Origin: Scenedesmus sp. PABB004
Lineage: Eukaryota
Assembly: GCA_014905635.1 (NCBI GenBank)
Contig: JABVCE010000016.1
Span: 186,001 to 250,000 of the forward strand
Length of the DNA: 64,000 nt
Direction: 5' to 3'
The position numbers and the translations under genes are program-made. Shown in pieces: positions 1 to 9,933 of this stretch (its first letter is position 1; each line of letters begins with the position of its first letter). The notes under the pieces were generated by a model, which was not told where the DNA came from, did not search any database, and worked only from the letters and a program-made list of their open reading frames with translations.

Positions 1-127
1 CAGGCGAGGGCGGCGGCGGCGCCGCGCTCGGCGCCGCCGCCGCGGCGTCCGCAGCCGCCGCGTCCGCAGCCGCCGCCGCCGCCCTGCCACGCCGTTGCCG
101 CGCCCCCGCCGCGCCGCGCGCCGCCAG

Positions 128-954
128 GTCCTCGCCGCGCCCGGCGCTGCAGAGGCGGGGCTGGAGGCGTCGGTCTTTGCCGACGCGGCGAAGCTGCACC
201 TCACCCTCGTCATGCTCAAGCTCTGCAGCGACGCGGCGCGCCACGCCGCCGCCGAGGCGCTGCGCGGCCTCGCGCCGGCGGCGCGCGAGCTGCTGGGCGG
301 CGAGCCGCTGCGGGTGCGGCTCGCTGGGCTGGAGGTCATGCGAGGCGACCCCAGCGACGCGCACGTGCTGTACCTGAAGGTGCGCTGGTGCCGGCGCTGG
401 TGCCAGCCAGTGCTCTGCAGCTCTGCCCGCCGGCCGCCCGCGCCGCGCGCCGGCCGGCGGCGGCGCGGCCCAGCGCCCCGCGCCGTCGCGCGCGCAGGTC
501 GCCCCGGAGCCTGCCGGCGACGGCCGGCTCGCGCGGCTGTGCGAGCTGGTGGTGGCCGCGTTCAAGGCGGCCGGGCTGCTGCAGCCGGTGCGCGCGCGCG
601 CGGCGTGCGCGCGCCGCCGCGGCACGCGCGGCAGCCCGTGCCCACCCGCGCGGCGCCCCCTCGCCGCCGCCGCTGCCTCCTCCTCCCCTTCCGCCGCCGC
701 GGCCGCAGGGCCAGGCTGAGCACGTGAAGCTACACGCCACCGTCATCAACACGCGCCACCGCCACGTGCCGGGCGGTGGCCGCGAGCGGCGCGAGCGCGT
801 GGGCGTCGACGCGCGGGCGCTGCTCAGCGAGTGGGGGGGCCTCGACCTCGGCGAGCTCACCCTCGCGTCGCTGGAGCTCAGCACGCGCGGCGCGTCCGAC
901 GCGCGCGGCTACTACGCCGCCGCGGCGACGCTGCCGCTCCTCGACGGCGTGTGA
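128..954 (+). CDS. 2H phosphoesterase, ASCC1/AKAP7-like; 5' end lies upstream of the window. Exons 128-379, 498-587, 709-954
   Basis: Spliced product has both HxT motifs (KLHLTLVML, KLHATVIN) plus GLEVMRGDPSDAHVLY and a terminal GYY, typical of ASCC1 C-terminal domains. GT-AG introns restore the frame. Confidence 0.75.
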
Positions 955-1267
955 ACCCCACGGCCAGGCCCTGCTCGGCGGTTTGAGCGACCCGGCGACC
1001 GCTCCGGCGAGGGAGCGCCCTCCCACGCGTGCAATCCTTCGCGCCGCCGTCTCCGCTGCTCTCCGGGAGCGCAGGCGGCTCTGCGCGCTCGCGGCCGCCG
1101 TCGGCAGCAGCAGCGGCCGCCGCTCCCGCCCGCGCGCGCGTGCCGGCGCCTGCTGGGCAGCCCGGCGGCGCGTCTTGCTGGCAGGGCGCGCCCTCACCGA
1201 CGGCCGGTGCAGCCGGGGCTGACCGTCCCGCCAGCTGGGCGCGCGGAGCGGCCACACTGCTGACCCG

Positions 1268-4200
1268 ATGGCGGCCAAGAGCTTCACCGTGGGCGGCGTC
1301 GGGGCGGCGCCGGGCGTGGACGACGTCGCCCGCATCGCGCTGGGTGGGCAGCCGGTCGCGCTGGACGCGGCGGGCGCGGAGCGCATCAAGCGCGAGTCGC
1401 CGCCCCCCAAGGCGTTCGAGCCGGAGCCGGAGAGCCCCGCGCCGGCCGGCGGAGGCCCGGCGCTGAGCGCGCAGCAGGCCAGGGCGGTGCTGGCGACGCG
1501 GCTGATGAGCCTGATGGCCGGCAAGAGCGGCGTGCGGCTCGCCGTCGCTGACTTCCTCGCCGCCCTGCTCAACGCCGGCCTCCCGCCCGCGCTGCCCGCC
1601 GCCGACGACGCCTCCGCGCTGGGGGCGCTGGCGGACGCCTGCAAGGGCCTCGGCGGCCTTGCGGCCGACCCGGCGCGGCCGCTGGCCGCCGCGGCGGCGG
1701 CGGCCGGGCTGTCGCCGCCGGGGCTGAGCGCGGCCGAGCGCGCCGCGATCTCCGCGGGCGCGTCCGCCTCGGCGGGCGTCGCGTCGCTGGTCATCGTCGG
1801 CACGCGGCAGCTGCTCGGGGCGGTCACCGCGGTCGCGGCGCTCGCGTGCGAGGCGGCCGGCGCGCAGGTGCGCGCGCGCCCGCCGCCGCCGCGCCACGCA
1901 CCACGCGCCGCGCGCCCCGCCCTGACGCCACCGCCCGTCCCTCGGCGCGGCGCAGACCAAGGCCTTTGACGCGGAGCTGGTCGAGGCGCGCGGCTACAAG
2001 GGCGCCGTCGCCGCCGCGGACGAGCTGCGCAGCCTGCTCGACGGCTCGCGCGCCGCCGGCGGGCGCAAGGGCCTGCCGCTGGACGCGCAGGCGCCCTTCA
2101 GCAGCCTGCCGCAGGTCCGCCGGCGCGGGGCCCGCCGCCGCAAGCAGCGGCCGACCGCGGGCCCGGCGCGGCGCCGGCGCGCGGCACGCCCGCGCGCCTC
2201 ACGCCGCTGCGACCGCCGCCGCTGCGTGCTGCAGGCGCTGGGCGCCGCGGCGGACGCGGTCACTGTTGCCTACAACAACGTGCGGCCCGAGGTGCAGAGC
2301 GCGGCGCTGCCGGCCAAGGTGCGGCGGCCACGCGTGCGCGTGTGTGTGCCCGTGTGTGTGCGTTGCACGCTGCCCAGGGCTCGCGGCGCGGCCAGCGCGG
2401 GGACGAGTGAGCTTATCCTTCTGACACCTCTTGTGCGAGGGCCCGTCACACGGCTCGCTGAACGCAACGCAGCTTCCAACAACTGAGCGCCCCCGCCGCG
2501 ATCCCTGCGCGTGCTGCGTGTGCGTGCGCGTGCGCTGTTTGCGGGCTGACGTGCTGTGGCTGAGCTCGGTGTGCTGATGAACCAGCTTATCCTTCTGACA
2601 CCTCTTGTGCGAGGGCCTCTCACAGGGCCCGCTGAACGCAGCAAAGCGACTCGAAACCTGAACACCGCCAAGCAGCGTGCCCCTCCTGTCTGCGTGTGCG
2701 TGTCGTGTGCGCGGCATGCCGCCCAGCCGGCGGGTGCGGTGAGGAACCAGCTTATCCTTCTGACACCTCTTGTGCGAGGGCCTCTCACAGGGCTCGCTGA
2801 ACGCACCACAGCTTCCTTTTGCCTGAGCACCCCTGGCGTGTGTGTGGGTGTCTGTGGGAGCTGAGTTTGTGGCGGGCGGCTGGCTCACCCCGCCGCCTCT
2901 GCCGCCGCTGCCGCTGCCGCCGCAGGCGGGCGTCAGCGGCGCCGCGCCCAGCCCGACGCTGGCGCCCGCGCTCGTCGACGCTGCGCGCGCGCTGCTGGCC
3001 CTCGCGCACAGCTGCGTGAGCCGCGTGCACGTGCTCGCGGGCGCGTGCCCCTCCGCTGCGGCGGCGCTGCAGCAGCAGGCGGCCGCCGTCGCGGACGGCA
3101 TGCTGGCCGCCGCGCAGCAGCAGCTGGCGGCGGTGGGCGGGGAGCTGCTCGGCCCCGCCGGCGTGCAGTGGCGCGCCGGCGGGCCGGGCCCCGAGCTGCG
3201 CGCGGCACTCGCGGCGGCCGCGGCGCTGGACGCGCTGCAGACCGCGGCGGCGCTGGAGGGCCTCGCGGCCGTGGCGGTGCTGCGGCTCGCAGAGGTGCGA
3301 GCCTGGCGCGTCGGCGTGGGCCGCCCGGCCGCGCGGCCGGCGGCAGCGCCCCTCTGACGCGCGCCGCCGCGCCCGCCGCGCAGGGCCCCGCGCCGGAGCC
3401 AGCGCCCGCCGCGGACGCGGCGGCCGGCGAGCAGCAGCAGCAGCAGGACGGGCAGCAAAAGGGCAAGGGCGACAAGAAAAAGGACAAGAAGGCCCAAGGC
3501 CTCGGCCTGGGCAGGGGCACCGCCGTCGTGCGCGCGCACCTGGAGCGCGCGGTCGCGGCGGCCGCCGCCGCCGGCGCCGCGGTCGGGCCGTCCGGCACGC
3601 TGCAGGTGCGGCGGCCGGGCCGGGGCCGGCGCGGGCTGCGGCGCAGCCGCGGCGCGCGCGCGGCCGCCCACGCCCACGCCGCGCCGGCCGCGCAGGTGCT
3701 CGACGGCCAGCTGGGCGGCGCCGACGCCGTGCTCGGCAGCGCCGCGGGGCTGGACGCCGCGGCGGGCGTGCTCAGCGCGCACGAGGCGGCGGCGGTGCAG
3801 CTCGCGGATGACCTGCGCGCCGTGGTGGAGGCCAACCAGGCGACGCGCAAGCCCAAGGTGCGCGGGCGCTGCGCGGCGCCTCCCGCGCGCGCGCGCGCGG
3901 CCTGCACGCGCCCCGCGCCCCCCGCGCCGACCCCGCCGCTCGCGTCCCTGCCCAGGTCGCCAAGGGCGCGCGCGACTTTATGCCCGACCAGATGGCCATC
4001 CGTGAGGCGGCGTTCAACACCATCACCGGCGTGTTCAAGCGCCACGGTGCGCCGCCGCCGGCGGTCCCGCCGCTGGCGGCGCCGCGCCGCGCCGCGCCGC
4101 GCCGCGCCCGCTGTGCCTCGCCGCGCGCGGGAGGTGCATCACGACCCGCCGCCGCCGCCGCCGCCGCCGCCGCTGCCGCTGCCGCGTCGCTGCCGCGTAC

Positions 4201-6633
4201 GCGCGCGTGCAGGCGCGGTGTCGATTGACACGCCCGTGTTTGAGCTGCGCGAGACGCTGATGGGCAAGTATGGCGAGGACTCAAAGCTCATCTACGACCT
4301 CGCAGACCAGGCGCGCCGTCGTGTTTTGTGTCTCTGTGTGTTTGTGTTTGTGTTTGTTTGTTTGCAGGGGCCTCCTCGTCCTGTTGCACGCACGCGCGCG
4401 CGCGCACGCGGCCCACCGCCGCCGACGCGCCGCCGCGCGCCCGCCGCCGCCGCGCAGGGCGGCGAGCTGCTGAGCCTGCGCTACGACCTGACCGTGCCGT
4501 TTGCGCGCTACGTCGCGGTCAACGGCGTCGGCAACATCAAGCGCTACCACATCGGCAAGGTCTACCGCCGCGACCAGCCGCAGCTCGCGCGCGGCCGCTT
4601 CAGGCGCGCTGGCGGCTGCGCTCGCGCGCGCATTCATTTTTGCGCATGCGTGCGCGGGCGGGCGGGCGCGAGGGGCGAGGGGCGAGGGCAGGAGAGCCCG
4701 GGCGCCGCCGGCCGCGCCCTCGCTGCGGCCGCCGACCCGCCGACCGGCGTCGACCCGACCCGCGCGGACCCGCGCTGTGCAGGGAGTTTTTCCAGTGCGA
4801 CTTTGACATCGCGGGGTCGTACGCGGCGATGGTCCCGGACGCCGAGGTGCTCGCGGTGGTGGTGGAGATCCTGACGTCGCTGCGGCTGGGGCCCTTCACG
4901 GTCAAGCTCAACCACCGCCGCCTGCTCGACGCGATGCTCGCCATCGCGGGCGTGCCGCCCCAGAAGTTCAGGCCGATCTGCAGGCGAGCCCAGCGCGCCG
5001 GGGCCCTGGCTGGCGCGCTGGGGCGCGCTCGCGCGGCGGCGGCGGCGGCGGCGGCGGCGGGGCGGCTCGCGGCGGCGCGCACGCCCACCTGAACGCGCAC
5101 GCGCACGCGGCACACGCGCGCACGCGCCCCGCATCGCGCCGCGCAGCGCGATCGACAAGCTCGACAAGGAGCCCTGGCCGGTCGTGCGCGCGGAGATGGT
5201 GGAGGAGAAGGGACTCCCCGGGGACGTGGCCGACGCGATCGGGCAGTTCGTGGTGCTCAAGTGAGCGGCGGCGGCGCTGGGGTTCTGTTCTTGTGCCAGT
5301 CGCGCCGCTGCCGCGCGCTGCCGCTGCCGCGTTGCGCGCGTTGCGCTGCCGCGCTGCGTCGCCGCGGCGCCGCGCGGCGCGGCGCCAGCGGCCGACCCGC
5401 CGCGCCCGCGCCCGTGCGCCCGCGCCTTCCGCCGCCGCAGGGGCGCGCCGCGCGAGCTGCTCGCGGCGCTGACGGCGCCGGGGCACCCGCTCGCGGCGCA
5501 CCCCGACTCGGCGGCCGCGCTGTCGGAGCTCCGGAGCCTGTTCGACTTCCTCGACGCCCTCGGCGCGCTCGGGCCGATCAGCTTTGACCTCAGCCTCGCG
5601 CGCGGCCTCGACTACTACACCGGCGTCATCTACGAGGCCGTGCTCGACGGCGGCAACGTCGGCTCCATCGCCGCGGGTGCGGCACCCGCGGCGCGCCGCG
5701 CGACTGAGGCTGCGGCTCGCTGCGCGTGCGGCTGGCTGCATGGCGGCTCGGCCGCACGGCGAGGCGCCGCCGCTGACGACGCGCGCCGCTGGCCGCCGGC
5801 GCGCGTGTGTGTGTGCCGCCGCACAGGCGGGCGTTACGACAAGCTGGTGGGCATGTTCAGCGGCAAGGACGTGCCCGCGGTGGGCGTGTCGATCGGCATC
5901 GAGCGCGTGTTCACCATCATGGAGGCGCAGGTGGGTGGGCTCAACCCTGGGGCTGCGGGGCCTCTGGGGTTTAGGGTTCAGGGGTTGCGCGGCAGCAGGA
6001 GAAGAGCTGGGGGGCGGCGCGCTCGCGGCGGCATGACAGGCGCCACGCCGCCCGCCTGAGCCGCGCCCCACCGCCACGCCGCCGCGCCGCCGCAGGAGCG
6101 CGCGCGCGCCGCCGAGTCGGGCGCCGCGATCCGCGCGACGGCGACGCAGGTGCTGGTCGCGAGCATCGGCAACGGCATGCAGGTGCGCACCTTGCAGGCC
6201 GCGCGCCTGGGCGCCTGGGCGCCACGCGCCCTCCGCCGACGCCCGCGCGCCGCCGCGCGCGCAGGCCAAGCGCATGGCCGTCGCGTCGCGGCTGTGGGCC
6301 GCCGGCATCGCGGCCGAGTTTGGGTTCAAGCCCAACCCCAAGATGGGCGACCAGCTCGGCTACGCGCTGGAGCAGGGCATCCCCTTCCTGGTGCTGTTCG
6401 GCGAGGACGAGCTCGCCGCGGGCCAGGCGCGCCGCGGCGCGCGCGCGGCGCGGGCGGCGCTGCTGGCGCGGCGCGCGGGCGTGGTGCGCCCGCCGCGCGG
6501 CGGCCGACGCCGCGGCCGGCGGCGCGCGCGCGGCGCGCAGGTCAAGGTGAAGCACATGGCCGCGAAGACGGAGGAGACCGTGCCGCTGGAGGGGCTGGTC
6601 GACGAGCTGCGCCGCCTGCTGGCAGAGGCGTGA
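1268..6633 (+). CDS. HARS: Cytosolic histidyl-tRNA synthetase with N-terminal histidine ammonia-lyase-like domain; multi-exon
   Basis: [69 protein letters not shown] and [10 protein letters not shown] are reconstituted across GT-AG and GC-AG introns. The long Ala-rich N-terminal region resembles the HAL-like extension of plant cytosolic HisRS. Confidence 0.95.
2395..2490 (+). ncRNA. Intronic box C/D snoRNA-like RNA, copy 1 (degenerate C box)
   Basis: Terminal stem GCGC/GCGC, C-like box GGGACGA 2400-2406, D' CTGA 2421-2424, D CTGA 2483-2486. Core is near-identical to copies 2 and 3. Confidence 0.6.
2567..2667 (+). ncRNA. Intronic box C/D snoRNA-like RNA, copy 2
   Basis: Terminal stem CGGTGT/ACACCG, C box TGATGA 2575-2580, D' CTGA 2595-2598, D CTGA 2658-2661. 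Confidence 0.75.
2732..2832 (+). ncRNA. Intronic box C/D snoRNA-like RNA, copy 3
   Basis: Terminal stem GGGTGC/GCACCC, C box GTGAGGA 2739-2745, D' CTGA 2760-2763, D CTGA 2823-2826. Confidence 0.72.
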
Positions 6634-6910
6634 GTGGGCGGGGGCGCGCTGCACCTGGGAGGGCGGGCTGCACAGGGCGGGAAAAAGACGATGATGAGCA
6701 AGTGACGAGCGCGCGAGCGAGAGACGTGTGCCGCGCGCAGCCGCCGCCGCTGCGGCCGTGCCTGCCGGTGGCCTGTGACGGCCGCGCCAGCAGCGCCCCG
6801 GGGCCCAGCCGTCAGCGTCGCCCGCGCAGCAGAGCAGCGTGCGCCGTGCCGCGCCGGCGCCGCCGCGTGCGGCCAGTCCGTGCGTCCAGGCGCCTTCTCA
6901 CGCGTGCAGG

Positions 6911-9592
6911 ATGCTCCGCGCGCTCGTCGTGACGCTGTGGATGCTGGTCGCAGCCGGCGCGCTGCTCGCCGGGTGCGAGCGGACTGCCGCCGCCGCTGCC
7001 CGCGCGCTCAGCCCCAGCTGCTCCGCGCGCTGGCGAGCTCCAGCAGCTCATGGAGCAGCCCCCGTGGCCAGCGCTTCAGCTGCGGGGCCGCGCCACGGCC
7101 GCGCCAACCGCGCGCGCTGGTCCGCCGCCGCAGGCCGTGCACTGCGGCGCGGCGCGGCGAGCAGCCCGGGGACCGGCAGCTCTCTGGAGCGGAAGAACAG
7201 CTGCCACCGCTGCCGCCGCTGCCGCCTCTTGAGCTGGCGTCGTCAGAGCTGGTGGCGGACGCGCCGGCGGCAGCGCCCGTGAGGCGCCTGCTGGCCGCCG
7301 GCCCAGCGCTGGCAGCCAGCGGATGCGGCAAGCTTGGTCAGCAGATTGCCCCGCCACCCAGCCTGCCCGACGGCTCGCTGTTTGGCGTCTCGCTCGCCGC
7401 GTCCGCTGACGGCGCGGTCGCGGTCGCGGGCGCGCCGCTCGGCGGCGCCGCCGCCGCCCCGGGCCGCGCGCTCGTGCTGCGTCGGGGCAGCGCGGCGGCC
7501 TGCGACTACGTGCCGGCGCCGCTCGCGCCGCCGGCCGACGGCAGCGCGTCACGCGACTTTGGCGCGCAGGCCGCGCTCTCGGCCAACGGCGCGACGCTGC
7601 TCGTGTTGGGCGGCGCGGAGGCCGCCCCGGGCGCCGGCGCCGCCGCGGGCGAGCGCCCCGTCACGCACGTATACCGGCGCGCAACGGGCGGCGGCGGCTA
7701 CGCACACCTGCAGCGCCTGCCCTGCGCGCCGCGCGCCGCGCCGGTCGGCGCGCTCGCGGCGTCGGTCTCAGCCCGCGGCGAGGTGCTGGTCGTCTCCTTC
7801 GCCATCGGCGGCGACGGCTCCACGGACCGCCGCGGCAGCGCGCAGGTGTTCGTGCAAAACGGGACGCGCGGGTACGTGCTCCTGCAGGACCTGGCGGAGC
7901 TGAGCATGCCCGCGGGGCCGTCCCGAGAGTTTGGCGCCGCGTCCGCGATCAGCGCGGACGGCGGTGTGATCGCGGTCGCGGCCGCGTCGGCCACCGACCC
8001 CGCGGTCAAGCACACCTACCTCTACCTGAGAGACGCCGCGACAGGTGGGTGTGGCGCGCGCTCCGGGCAGCCGCGCCGCCCTCGGCGAGCTCTCACCAGT
8101 CGGTCGGCTGCCGGCGCGCTGCGGGCGGCGGCGCTGCAGCCCCTGACCACGCTGGCCGCGCCGTGCCGCCGCAGGGCGCTTCAAGACCGTCTTCTCCCTG
8201 CGCCACGCCCCGCTCGCCAGCGCCGCGAGCACGCTCGGCCGCGGGGCCAGCCCGACCGACGGCGGCGGCGCGCTCGCGCTCAGCCAGGCGGGCCGCTTCC
8301 TGCTGCGCAGTGAGGGGCCGGCGCTGGCGGTGTTCGAGTCGGCGCGCGCCGGCGCGGCCGCGACGTGGCTGCGCCGCTGCACGCTCGCCGCGCCGCCCGG
8401 GTTTGACCTCCGCGCCGGTGAGCGGGGCGCCGTGGTTCAGCGTCGCCGGGGCCTCTGCCGCTCCCAGAAGATCCGCTGGACAACATTACACGACGCGCGC
8501 CGCCCCGCCGGCGCGCGCGCAGGCGGCTACGCGCTGAGCGCGGTCGAGGCATCGGGCAGCCGCGCAAAGTTTGCCGCGGGCGCGGTCGCGGCCGACCATG
8601 GCGCCGGGGCTGCCGTGCTGTGGCATCTGGACGTGAGGCCGCCCCTCCCGGGGGGCTGCGCGCTGGCGCGCTGCGTGCTGTGCGCCTGCTGGCCCCGCGC
8701 CGACGCGCCGTGCGCGCTCCGCCGCAGACCTCCAAGCCCGGCAGCTGCCCGTGGCGTCCCGCGGAGGTGCACATGCTCAGCGGCGACCCGCTCGCCTCCT
8801 TTGGCGCCGCGGTCGCGCTCAGCGGCGACGGCAAGCTGCTGCTCGTCGGCGCGCCGACGGCGCCCGACGGCGGCGCCGCCGGCCGGCGGGCGGGGGCGGT
8901 CTACGCCTACGATGTGACCGCCGCGGCCGACGACGGCCTGGTCGCGCCCGCCGACGCGAGCGCCGCCGCCGCGGCCAGCGCCGACCCGGTGCGCGCGCGC
9001 GCGCGCCGGCGCGGTGCCGCGCGCACTGGTGCGGTGCCGCGCGCGTCTGCCGGGCGGCTAGGCCGCCCAATGCGGCGGCTGTTGCCTCACACACCGTCCT
9101 CGGGCGCCGCAGGGCTGTGTTGGCGGGCTGGACGCGTCGGGAAATCCGTGCGTGGTCGTCGTCGTGGTCGGCGCGCGGCCGATCACGGCGACGGGCGGCG
9201 TGGTGGGGTCGGCGATCAGCACCCCCGGCGGCGCCACGACGTCCGCGCTGTCGGCGTCGACCGTGCTCGCGTCGCGGTCCGGCGGCTTTGTGTCGCTGGG
9301 CGCAAACGCGTGGGCCACGCCGAGCACGGGCGTGACGGGGCTGGCAACCAGCGTGTTCTTCGGCGCCAGCGGCGCCGGCGCACGCAGCGGCGCGGCGGGG
9401 TCTGCTCTGAGCGGCGGCAGCGGCACGGGGGCGCTCGGCGGCGGTGGCGGCGCGGCCAGCGCGGCCGCCGGCGGCACCGCCGGCAGCACTACTGGCGGGC
9501 GCTCGGCGCTGGGGACGATCGGTACCCTGCTCTCGGGCATGGGCGTGCTTTTCAGTGCGCTGGGCACGCGGGGGGCGGCGACGGGGGGGTGA
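6911..9592 (+). CDS. Secreted FG-GAP/beta-propeller repeat protein. Exons approx. 6911-6972, 7134-8044, 8175-8632, 8728-8988, 9113-9592
   Basis: Signal peptide MLRALVVTLWMLVAAGALLAG. Repeats FGVSLAASADGAVAVAGAP, FGAQAALSANG, FGAASAISADG and FGAAVALSGDGKLLLVGAP. Gly/Ser/Thr-rich tail. Confidence 0.7.
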
Positions 9593-9933
9593 CCGGCGCA
9601 AGCGCGCCGCCGGCGGCGTGACCGGGTCGGGCGCACCGCCGGCAGAGTGACCGGGTCGGGCCTGGAACTACGCCAGTTGTCTGAGCCCGGACTCGTTAGA
9701 CCGCGGAGAGACAGCGCACCACGCGCAGAGTCCCGGGCTCGCCGCGACGCCGCGGTCTTGCGCGCGCGCAAGACCACGACCGCGCGGTCGTGTGCCGCCG
9801 TCGCCTGCGCCAGCGGGGGCACCAAAACTGTTCGCTCTCGACAACCGCCGGTCCACCTAAGTGCAAGCTCTCTCCTGACTGCCGCGCGCCGCCCACAAAA
9901 CAGCAGCACGCGGCCGGGCGCGCGACAGCAGCG

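Noticed and set aside
2395..2832. Repeat-spacer pattern read as a CRISPR array
   Set aside because: It lies in a eukaryotic intron, the units are ~100 nt with C/D boxes and closing stems, and there are no cas genes.
4321..4366. GT-rich tract ending in TTTGCAG as an alternative acceptor or element
   Set aside because: It is a simple intronic microsatellite, and HisRS conservation requires the acceptor at 4457. Similar (CAAA)n tracts occur near 38640 and 56620.
9589..9661. Short direct repeats GTGACCGGGTCGGGC
   Set aside because: Only two full copies in a 3' UTR region, with no further structure.
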